Below are positions 56,832-64,000 of a stretch of 64,000 nucleotides of DNA, in pieces (position 1 is the stretch's first letter; each line of letters opens with the position of its first letter). The position numbers and the translations under genes were made by a program. The DNA lies in NCBI GenBank assembly GCA_023898565.1, contig CP060228.1, positions 696,995 through 760,994 on the forward strand. Direction: 5' to 3'. This stretch comes from Candidatus Nomurabacteria bacterium. Its GTDB lineage: Bacteria; Patescibacteriota; Minisyncoccia; Phycocordibacterales; UBA918. The notes beneath the pieces were generated by a model. That model did no database searches. It was not told the DNA's origin and saw only the letters and a list, made by a program, of their open reading frames with translations.

Positions 56832-59800
56832 ATGTACAAAATCATGAACACTCTTACTTTTTCCCGGAGTGGCCTGGTTGCTCGCTTCTATGCAGCAGTA
56901 ACGATGGTTTCTTTAGTATTGTCCGCTTTTCCCGCGGCTTTTTTTGTGGCCGAGGCTGAAACAACAGGTATTATTCTTGATAAAACCACTGCTTCAGTGG
57001 CGGTGGATGAAAAGTTAAATTTTAAGGTTTCTACAGTTAAGTCTGGCGAACCAACAGCCGGCACGGTAGTTTCTGTGTCTGACGGTAGTCAAGGAGGTTT
57101 GTTTTTCAACGGAAATGCTACAAATGGTCAGTGCAATGAAGATACTGCAGACTCAGATAATGCATTTTCGATTCAGAGCAACAAGGGTATTTGTTACAGT
57201 AACGCCACGCCCGGTGTGTACACAGTTACCGTCACACTGCTTGATTCACAAAGTCAAATAATTGGTGATGCGAAAACATTGGAAGTGACTGTTTCTGAAC
57301 AGTCGCTATCAGGTGATGAAAAGAAGGTGGTCATTTGCAAGGCTACTGATAGTGATTCCAACCCATTTAATATAAGTGAAATCAACACTGCCTCAATTCT
57401 AAATGGAGGACATGGAGAAAGTGGCATTAATCATAATGACATTATTCCTATTTTTGACGGTTACGCTGGGCAAAATCTCGATACTCTATATGACGGCATG
57501 ACTGGCGCGGAGGTGCTGGCAAATGATTGTGTGATTGCTCCAGTCAATCCTGGTCCGCAAGCGCCGCTGGTCTGTGCCTACGTTGGTGAAGTAATTTCAT
57601 ATACTGACCCGGCGTACCGAATCAACAACGTAGAAGTGTCTGCTTTGCGTCGCGGTGTGGCTGGAATTGAAGCTGGTGTGTCTGCCAATGCCAACTTCTT
57701 TGGTAAAGAATCAACCTACCAAGAACCAGACTTTTTCTCACTTGGCATGAACGGTGAGGTTGTCTATAAATTTACTGATAAAGTCGCGTATGATCAGGCC
57801 GGTGCTGATATCGCGATTTGGGAGACCACTGGTGGTCCTTCTGGCGAAACCAACGAAAGCGTTGAGGTGCTTGTGTCACAAGATGGTGTGACGTATGAGT
57901 CACTTGGAGTGATTGTTGGTTCTGCTGCGCTAGATATTGCACCCGCCGGCCTTGATTTTGTGCAGTACGTAAAGGTGATCGACCAAGGAAACAGTAACGA
58001 TGACGGTTACGACGTAGATGCCATCACAATTATCGATGATTCTTGTGGGGATGTTCCACCACCACCGCAAATGTGTACACTGAAACTTAAGAGTGACACA
58101 TCAAATACAGTGATTGAGAAACTTGGTGCAAATGCAGTGCTTACCTTTGTGCACAATAGCTGGGTTCAAAGCTTAATCGACGCTGACTGGATTTGGGGTG
58201 ATGCGCTCGTGGTGAATCCGCTCGTAGACGAAACACAAACCTTCGTCAATCAGTTTGGCTGGGGCTTGCCGTCTGTTACTCACGCAACACTCACCATCGC
58301 GGCTGACAACTCATTTTCAGCTGATTTAAACGGGTCAACAGCAGCTGAAGACCTTGGTCAGTACAACTACACAACCTTAAAAACGTACGACGTCACAGGT
58401 CTAGTGCAGCCAGGCAATAACGAGCTTGCGGTGGCTGTTAAGAATTTTGCGCTGCAAGGATCAACTCCGCAAAGTAACCCTGCCGGCTTGTACTACGAGC
58501 TTGAAATTACTGGAGAGGGAGAAGATTGTGACGTGCCATATGTGCCTCCAGTGGTAGACGATCAGAAGCCGCAGGTGAGGATCATGTATCCAGAACACGG
58601 TGCGGTCTTTTTCCCGGGTACAATCATCGCCACTGGTACAGCGACTGATACCGACTCGGGTATCGTTGAAGTGAAGTACACCATCACTAAGATTGATGCG
58701 ATTGGTGGTACGTATGTAGCAAATGTGGCGTCTGGTATCGCGAGCGGAACCGACGCATGGGAATTCCCGGCTTTCAATCTCCAACCAGGCTTCTATCGAC
58801 TTAAGGTGCAGGCGTTTGACGCTGAAGGTAACTGGAAGTACGACTATCACGATATTCAGGTTATTGAAGAGCCGCGGTATGAAAACTACTGTGGTGATGG
58901 TGAGATGAACCAAGAGTGGGAGCAGTGTGATGGTGACGATGTAGCTGGAGGTGAGACTTGTACCGCCTACTGTACGCTCGCAAACCAGTGTTCAGATCTT
59001 CGTTTGGTTAAAATTACCCTCGATCCACAGGCGCCCGCTTCAGAATCATTTGATGGTGATATCTACCTCGGATCAACTGGTAACGTGATTCCAAGCAGTG
59101 CGTGGTTCAACTTTGACGAAGTAGGAGATGCTCCGCTAAATGTCACCGCGCTTGGTGTCGACGGATTAGCTGTGGAGCGTACTGCGACAGCTCTCCGCCT
59201 GGCGGTTGTCGGTGATAATGCTAAAAATCATTTCGATTACGCGTTTGGACGTATTGAAACCCTTGGTATTGCGCTTGGCACACTAAATCGCAACACAATA
59301 ACCGGCTGGGCACTTGAAAACAGCGGTGACTACAAAGACGTCTTTATGAAAGATGGCGACGCTGCGCTCGACTTTAAGTTCTGGCTTACTACTGGTAACG
59401 ACGCGGCGGCAGTCGAGGTGCTTGATGGTGAACCGTTTGATTGTATTGAGTGTGATGCTGAAGTAGAGGCGCGCGTGATCATTCGCGATGAGGATGGTGC
59501 CGAGATTGCTAATGGTGGTCTTGGCAACCTAAAGCCACAGGTAATTCTTGGTGATGGTACAATCGTGCCGTTTGGAGAGTGGTTTAAGCTTTCAGAAGCG
59601 CCGAATCCAGGTGACTCTGCTGTCTGGCATGATGATGCTGATACGGTCACTAATTTCCCTAATCCGGCCGACCTCGAAGGACTTTTTGTGAGTCGTGAGG
59701 GTAATGGTCAGGTGAAGGTAGCGTTGTATGGGTATCACAACCCAGGCGGTGACGTACACTACGAATCTCTCCGTGCCACGATTGAATTTAACGACGCAAA

Positions 59801-60836
59801 GGTTGCTTCGGTCGCACAGATTCCAGGTAACTTCGTACTAGAAAACCATTCTGAAACAGATCAGGTACAGTCAAATGATAATTTTGATTCATTTGCCGTC
59901 GTTGGCGATAATTCAGCGGTTGATTTCGACTTCTGGGTAGACACTAAGGCTGATGGTATTACCATCACGCTCGACGACGATTCGGTGGCGACTTGTGACG
60001 AAGATACTGAACCAGAAAATCCAAAGACAGATCCGGATACCTGGTTTATCTCTGGACATAAGTTTGAAGTTGGTGATGATTATTACGCTCCGGTGCTCGG
60101 CTGGACAATCGAACTTCGCGATGGGCTGGGAGTGTTCATTGCTACCACAACAACCGACAGTAATGGCCAATACTCCTTTGAGGTAGAAGCCGGTGACTAT
60201 CAGGTGTATGAAGTGATGCAGGCAGACTGGGTACAGGATCAGGTAACGTATGATGGGTATCCGGTAGACACGGACACAGATTACGCTTATTGTGCGGTTC
60301 AGGTGCCTGATAATGAGTCTGATTACGTCTGTGATTTCTACAACGTGTATGACCCTGAAGATACTGTCAATCCATCAACGGTCACACCGCCTCAGACTAC
60401 TCGCTCATCAAGCGGTGGTTCCGGCACCAAGATTAAGCGGCCAACCCCGCAAGTGCTTGGTGAATCGACCACTAGTTTCTGTCCGTTTATTGTCGATTAC
60501 ATGCAGATTGGCTGGGAGAACGACTCGTGGGAGGTGACTAAGTTGCAGTTGTTCCTCAATCTATTCAAAGGAATCTTCGGTGGCACCGATAATCCAGTGA
60601 CGGGCACCTTCGATGCAACAACTGATGCCAACGTTAAAGCCTTCCAGGAGCACTTCCGTAGCGAAATTCTTGACCCGTGGTACAAACAAGGCATCGTGCC
60701 GCACGATCGTCCGACTGGTTTTGTATACAAGACTACTCGGTGGAAGATTAATGATATCGTGTGTCCAGGCTGGGAGGCGTATCCGAGCTTTGACGGAGAG
60801 AATCTCTCTTCGAATGTAGATATCACGAGAAATTAA
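56832..60836 (+). CDS. giant secreted multi-domain surface protein (about 1335 aa) with Ig-like repeats, a Cna-B/SdrD-like fold segment and a C-terminal peptidoglycan-binding-like module
   Basis: Signal peptide ...SAFPAAFFVAEA. GWTIELRDGLGVF...DSNGQYSFEVEAGDYQVYEV is Cna-B-like. The C-terminal LQLFLNLFKG...TFDATTDANVKAFQEHF resembles PG_binding_1. Start ambiguous (in-frame ATGs at 56784, 56832, 56844). Confidence 0.6.
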   Translation: MYKIMNTLTFSRSGLVARFYAAVTMVSLVLSAFPAAFFVAEAETTGIILDKTTASVAVDEKLNFKVSTVKSGEPTAGTVVSVSDGSQGGLFFNGNATNGQCNEDTADSDNAFSIQSNKGICYSNATPGVYTVTVTLLDSQSQIIGDAKTLEVTVSEQSLSGDEKKVVICKATDSDSNPFNISEINTASILNGGHGESGINHNDIIPIFDGYAGQNLDTLYDGMTGAEVLANDCVIAPVNPGPQAPLVCAYVGEVISYTDPAYRINNVEVSALRRGVAGIEAGVSANANFFGKESTYQEPDFFSLGMNGEVVYKFTDKVAYDQAGADIAIWETTGGPSGETNESVEVLVSQDGVTYESLGVIVGSAALDIAPAGLDFVQYVKVIDQGNSNDDGYDVDAITIIDDSCGDVPPPPQMCTLKLKSDTSNTVIEKLGANAVLTFVHNSWVQSLIDADWIWGDALVVNPLVDETQTFVNQFGWGLPSVTHATLTIAADNSFSADLNGSTAAEDLGQYNYTTLKTYDVTGLVQPGNNELAVAVKNFALQGSTPQSNPAGLYYELEITGEGEDCDVPYVPPVVDDQKPQVRIMYPEHGAVFFPGTIIATGTATDTDSGIVEVKYTITKIDAIGGTYVANVASGIASGTDAWEFPAFNLQPGFYRLKVQAFDAEGNWKYDYHDIQVIEEPRYENYCGDGEMNQEWEQCDGDDVAGGETCTAYCTLANQCSDLRLVKITLDPQAPASESFDGDIYLGSTGNVIPSSAWFNFDEVGDAPLNVTALGVDGLAVERTATALRLAVVGDNAKNHFDYAFGRIETLGIALGTLNRNTITGWALENSGDYKDVFMKDGDAALDFKFWLTTGNDAAAVEVLDGEPFDCIECDAEVEARVIIRDEDGAEIANGGLGNLKPQVILGDGTIVPFGEWFKLSEAPNPGDSAVWHDDADTVTNFPNPADLEGLFVSREGNGQVKVALYGYHNPGGDVHYESLRATIEFNDAKVASVAQIPGNFVLENHSETDQVQSNDNFDSFAVVGDNSAVDFDFWVDTKADGITITLDDDSVATCDEDTEPENPKTDPDTWFISGHKFEVGDDYYAPVLGWTIELRDGLGVFIATTTTDSNGQYSFEVEAGDYQVYEVMQADWVQDQVTYDGYPVDTDTDYAYCAVQVPDNESDYVCDFYNVYDPEDTVNPSTVTPPQTTRSSSGGSGTKIKRPTPQVLGESTTSFCPFIVDYMQIGWENDSWEVTKLQLFLNLFKGIFGGTDNPVTGTFDATTDANVKAFQEHFRSEILDPWYKQGIVPHDRPTGFVYKTTRWKINDIVCPGWEAYPSFDGENLSSNVDITRN

Positions 60837-60853
60837 CGTAGAGGTCTATAGTA

Positions 60854-60890
60854 GCAGCAAAAAATCCCTGTACAGGGATTTTTTGCTGCT
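60854..60890 (+). terminator. intrinsic terminator after the giant gene
   Basis: gcagcaaaaaatccctg-taca-cagggattttttgctgc. Confidence 0.7.
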
Positions 60891-60938
60891 ACGTTCATAA
60901 AAGCTGTGGTGTATACTTTAGATACTGATATTCAGAGT

Positions 60939-62054
60939 ATGAATGTACGCGGATTTGATGCCTTACAAAAAATAGCCATGACGCTCATGGCGGTGTTGGC
61001 AGTGCTCACTTTTGTGGGTTCAAATCTGCATGCGCTTTTGTGGCAGCAGTCGAGCTGGTTGGTAGGCACTGTTTTGCCAGCAGTGGTGGTTGATTTGACC
61101 AACGAAGAGCGAGCAATGAACCACGCCGCGCCGCTTCAGCGTAATGCTGTGCTTGACGAAGCGGCGCGGCTAAAGGCCGAACATATGGCCAAGTATGAAT
61201 ACTTCGCACACTTTAGCCCTGACGGCGTGTCGCCCTGGCACTGGTTTGATAAGGCTGGATACCGCTATGCCTTCGCTGGTGAAAATCTGGCTATCCATTT
61301 TACTGATTCAGATGAAGTGGTGGAAGCCTGGATGAATTCACCGGCTCATCGGCAAAATATCGTTGACCAAAAGTATACCGAAATCGGCGTCGGAACTGCC
61401 AAAGGGGAGTATGAGGGATACAAAACGGTATATGTAGTGCAGCTGTTTGGAGCACCCGCAGCTGTGGTGACAGAGAAGGAAGGTCAGGTTGTGGCGACAT
61501 TGCCAGACGTGGCGGCGGTGGAGGTAGAGGGTAAAGAGGTATTAGGGTCGCATGTTATTCAAGCTGAAGTGGAAGTTGCGAGGGAGTCAGTTGCTGTCAC
61601 TGCTCCTCAAGTAGCGACTGAAATTGCCCCGACTCCCCCGCCTGCTCCAGAAAAAACCAGCCCGACTCCCCCGCTTCAGACTGCGCAAAATGTCCCCGAC
61701 TCCCCCGCACCCGCTGTTACCAAGACTGTAACCATGGCTAATGATGTGGTAGTGGTTGAAATGCCGGTTATCTCAACCTCTTCCGGCTTGGCGGTGGCGC
61801 AGATTACTAGAGGAACCGGTAGTTTACATGCTGGCGCTACGGTCTCTGCAGTACTCACAAAGCCAAACGAGCTATTGCAGTTTGTATACACCGTGGTTGG
61901 TTCGGTGGTTGTTTTATTGCTTAGTTTGTCAATTGTGTTAGAAGCGCGTCGACTTCGCTTGGCTCAAGTAGCGTACGGCATCATGCTGCTGTGTGGCATG
62001 GGCACGCTGTGGTATGTGCATGCATTGCTCACGAGCGGCGCCGTGGTGGCTTAA
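60939..62054 (+). CDS. CAP/SCP/PR-1-like domain protein with N- and C-terminal TM segments and a Pro-rich linker
   Basis: CAP motifs HFSPDGVSPWHWFDKAGY, GENLA, VEAWMNSPAHRQNI; PTPPPAPEKTSPTPP linker encoded by ccgactcccccgc repeats. Confidence 0.6.
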   Translation: MNVRGFDALQKIAMTLMAVLAVLTFVGSNLHALLWQQSSWLVGTVLPAVVVDLTNEERAMNHAAPLQRNAVLDEAARLKAEHMAKYEYFAHFSPDGVSPWHWFDKAGYRYAFAGENLAIHFTDSDEVVEAWMNSPAHRQNIVDQKYTEIGVGTAKGEYEGYKTVYVVQLFGAPAAVVTEKEGQVVATLPDVAAVEVEGKEVLGSHVIQAEVEVARESVAVTAPQVATEIAPTPPPAPEKTSPTPPLQTAQNVPDSPAPAVTKTVTMANDVVVVEMPVISTSSGLAVAQITRGTGSLHAGATVSAVLTKPNELLQFVYTVVGSVVVLLLSLSIVLEARRLRLAQVAYGIMLLCGMGTLWYVHALLTSGAVVA

Positions 62055-62081
62055 AGGTTTCAAGCGCCGTATACTGTACTC

Positions 62082-62522
62082 ATGAAAAAAACTCCTACCC
62101 GGGTTGTGGCGGCGGCTCCCGCACTCGTCCAAGACGAGCAAACAAGCCCTATATATAGCGCTGGCGTGGCAGCCGGCTTCCCGGCCCCTGGGGATGATTT
62201 GGTGGAAGAACCACTTGACCTGAATGATTTGTTGGTTGATAACCCAACCGCTACATTTTTCGTGCGGGTGTCAGGTGATTCTATGGAAGGTGCGCGAATT
62301 TTTGATGGTGATGTTCTGGTGGTTGATCGTTCAATAGTGCCTACTTCAGGTGTTATTGTGGTAGCAGCGGTCTATGGTGAGCTAGTGGTAAAAAGACTAG
62401 AAAAGACTGCTTCTGGCCTGGCGCTCGTGTCAGAAAATGAAGCGTATGCACCAATTTTGATAGATGATGTGGAAGGTTGTTTTATTTGGGGTGTCGTAAC
62501 AGGATTAGCAAGAGTATTTTAA
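62082..62522 (+). CDS. umuD: UmuD-like S24 peptidase (LexA C-terminal-domain fold, no HTH)
   Basis: Cleavage-site region AGFPAPGDD; catalytic VRVSGDSMEG and Lys in VVKRLE; 146 aa with no DNA-binding domain. Confidence 0.65.
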   Translation: MKKTPTRVVAAAPALVQDEQTSPIYSAGVAAGFPAPGDDLVEEPLDLNDLLVDNPTATFFVRVSGDSMEGARIFDGDVLVVDRSIVPTSGVIVVAAVYGELVVKRLEKTASGLALVSENEAYAPILIDDVEGCFIWGVVTGLARVF

Positions 62523-62541
62523 TAACACGTAAGATTTTCAC

Positions 62542-63762
62542 ATGGCAAACGTCATTGCGTACATGAATCAAAGTAAGACTACAAATTATTTATTGCAGGG
62601 GTATGTTGCGCTGCTTCTGCTTGGTTTTATGTTGCTGCCGGGAGTGGCGCATGGTGCTACTGGTGAGGTGGCGGCCTGGATTCCATGGTGGTCTGAGGAA
62701 GCTGGGGTTGAAAGTACACTTAAGAATCTTCGTGATTTGGATGTTGTGTATCCATTTGTATACGAAGTACAGGCTAATGGTACGCTCAAAAATCGGGTCG
62801 ATTTTGATGAAAAGCACTGGAAAGATTTGTTTAAAAAAGCTGACCGCCGCAATGTAGCTGTTATGCCTACAGTCATGTGGTTTGATGGCGAAGCAATTGA
62901 TGCCATTTTGAGCAATGAAAAAGCCCGCACAGCGCACATTGAAGTAATTGTTGATATGGTCAAGGAATACGATTTTGCGGGGGTAAATATCGACTACGAA
63001 AGTAAGTTATCAAAGACCAAAGACAACTTCTCCCTCTTCCTTAAAGAACTTGAAGCTGCGCTTGGACGGCGTGATTTGTCGTGTACAGTAGAGGCCAGAA
63101 CACCAGCTGATTCTCGCTGGAAAGAGGTGCCAGCAGTCATCGAGTACGCCAATGATTACAAAGCGATGAATAGGTACTGTGATTGGGTAGAGATCATGGC
63201 GTATGACCAACAGCGCGCCGACCTCAGGCTCAATAGTGAGCGACGCGGCGTGCCGTATATGCCGGTGGCAGATGCTGACTGGGTAGAGAAAGTGCTTGAC
63301 TTAGCACTTGAAGATTTTGATGAAGACAAGGTGATGCTTGGCGTGCCGACGTACGGTCGGGCTTGGGATGTGACAGTGGCGGCCGATTGGTATAAAGATT
63401 ACAAGTCGGTTGCGTCACTCAATACTCCGCGGATTCTTGAATTGGCAAAAAAGTACGATGCACCAATCGGCCGCACTGAAGCCGGCGAGGCGGTGATCAC
63501 GTATTTTCCAGAAGACTCAATCTGGAAAATATTCAATGCACTACCGACTCCAGAAGGAACCCCAAAAGGTTTTGAAGCCGCAGCAAAAGCGCTCGTGGTA
63601 GCCACCTATGCAGACATCGAAATCCCAGTCCGGTTTGTTTCTTGGAGTGATGCAGAGGCAATTGAGGAGAAGCTGGATTTGGTCAAGAAGTACGATCTCA
63701 GAGGCACCGCTATCTTTAAGGTAGATGGTGAAGAAGATCCTGATATTTGGAAACTGTTCTAG
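62542..63762 (+). CDS. secreted GH18-like (chitinase/peptidoglycan-hydrolase fold) protein
   Basis: Signal peptide. DFAGVNIDYE resembles the GH18 DxxDxDxE catalytic motif. Lies between the umuD-like and umuC genes. Confidence 0.5.
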   Translation: MANVIAYMNQSKTTNYLLQGYVALLLLGFMLLPGVAHGATGEVAAWIPWWSEEAGVESTLKNLRDLDVVYPFVYEVQANGTLKNRVDFDEKHWKDLFKKADRRNVAVMPTVMWFDGEAIDAILSNEKARTAHIEVIVDMVKEYDFAGVNIDYESKLSKTKDNFSLFLKELEAALGRRDLSCTVEARTPADSRWKEVPAVIEYANDYKAMNRYCDWVEIMAYDQQRADLRLNSERRGVPYMPVADADWVEKVLDLALEDFDEDKVMLGVPTYGRAWDVTVAADWYKDYKSVASLNTPRILELAKKYDAPIGRTEAGEAVITYFPEDSIWKIFNALPTPEGTPKGFEAAAKALVVATYADIEIPVRFVSWSDAEAIEEKLDLVKKYDLRGTAIFKVDGEEDPDIWKLF

Positions 63763-63768
63763 GTTACT

Positions 63769-63806
63769 AAAAAGCGGGCGGTCCCTACAGGGACCGCCCG
63801 CTTTTT
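63769..63806 (+). terminator. intrinsic terminator
   Basis: aaaaagcgggcggtccc-taca-gggaccgcccgcttttt. Confidence 0.7.
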
Positions 63807-63820
63807 AGTATACTTATCTC

Positions 63821-64000
63821 ATGACCAAACCACGTATCGGGCTTCTCGATTGCAACAATTTTTTCGTGTCTTGCGAGCGACTCTTTCGGCCCGACTTACT
63901 AGGGAAGCCGGTGTTGGTGCTCTCCAGCAATGATGGGTGTGTGGTGGCGCGCTCACAAGAAGTAAAGGACATCGGTGTCCTTATGGGTGTCCCTTATTTT
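63821..64000 (+). CDS. umuC: Y-family DNA polymerase UmuC/DinB (N-terminal fragment, continues past the window)
   Basis: MTKPRIGLLDCNNFFVSCERLFRPDLLGKPVLVLSSNDGCVVARSQEVKDIGV closely matches the UmuC N-terminus. AGTATACT box 6 nt upstream of the ATG. Confidence 0.8.
   Translation, partial: MTKPRIGLLDCNNFFVSCERLFRPDLLGKPVLVLSSNDGCVVARSQEVKDIGVLMGVPYF

Noticed and set aside
62082-62522. Calling the S24 peptidase gene lexA
   Set aside because: At 146 aa it has no N-terminal winged-helix DNA-binding domain. Together with an adjacent umuC this fits a UmuD-like subunit rather than the LexA repressor.

Overview
The window looks like a gene-dense, mostly plus-strand section of a small-genome, Gram-positive-like bacterium. 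The taxon is inference only; a Patescibacteria/CPR-like organism such as Saccharibacteria is plausible. Recognisable core genes are groES/groEL, typA/bipA, RNase J, htrA, htpX, secG, mltG, dgkA, rluB-type pseudouridine synthase, a P-type IIA cation ATPase, two DsbA-like oxidoreductases, a class II photolyase, a MutY-like glycosylase, an ECF sigma factor, a split umuD/umuC pair and one tRNA-Ser(GGA). Around them sit accessory features: several very large secreted repeat proteins, two of which are tandem paralogs, one apparently a fusion; a Mur-ligase/ATP-grasp gene pair; a LemA-DUF2207-HtpX envelope cluster; a glycoside-hydrolase cluster; and two islands of small unknown genes, each with its own Shine-Dalgarno site and intrinsic terminator. 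Many genes end in clear GC-hairpin/T-run terminators, and several starts sit 6-9 nt after a TATAAT/TACACT box, suggesting leaderless or short-leader transcripts. No CRISPR array, rRNA, integrase/transposase or reverse transcriptase was seen. The most notable candidates for new biology are the Mur-ligase/ATP-grasp pair, the duplicated and fused surface-protein locus, the small-gene islands (including a promoter-to-terminator unit with no ORF), the secreted bactofilin-like beta-helix membrane protein, and umuD/umuC split by a secreted GH18 gene.
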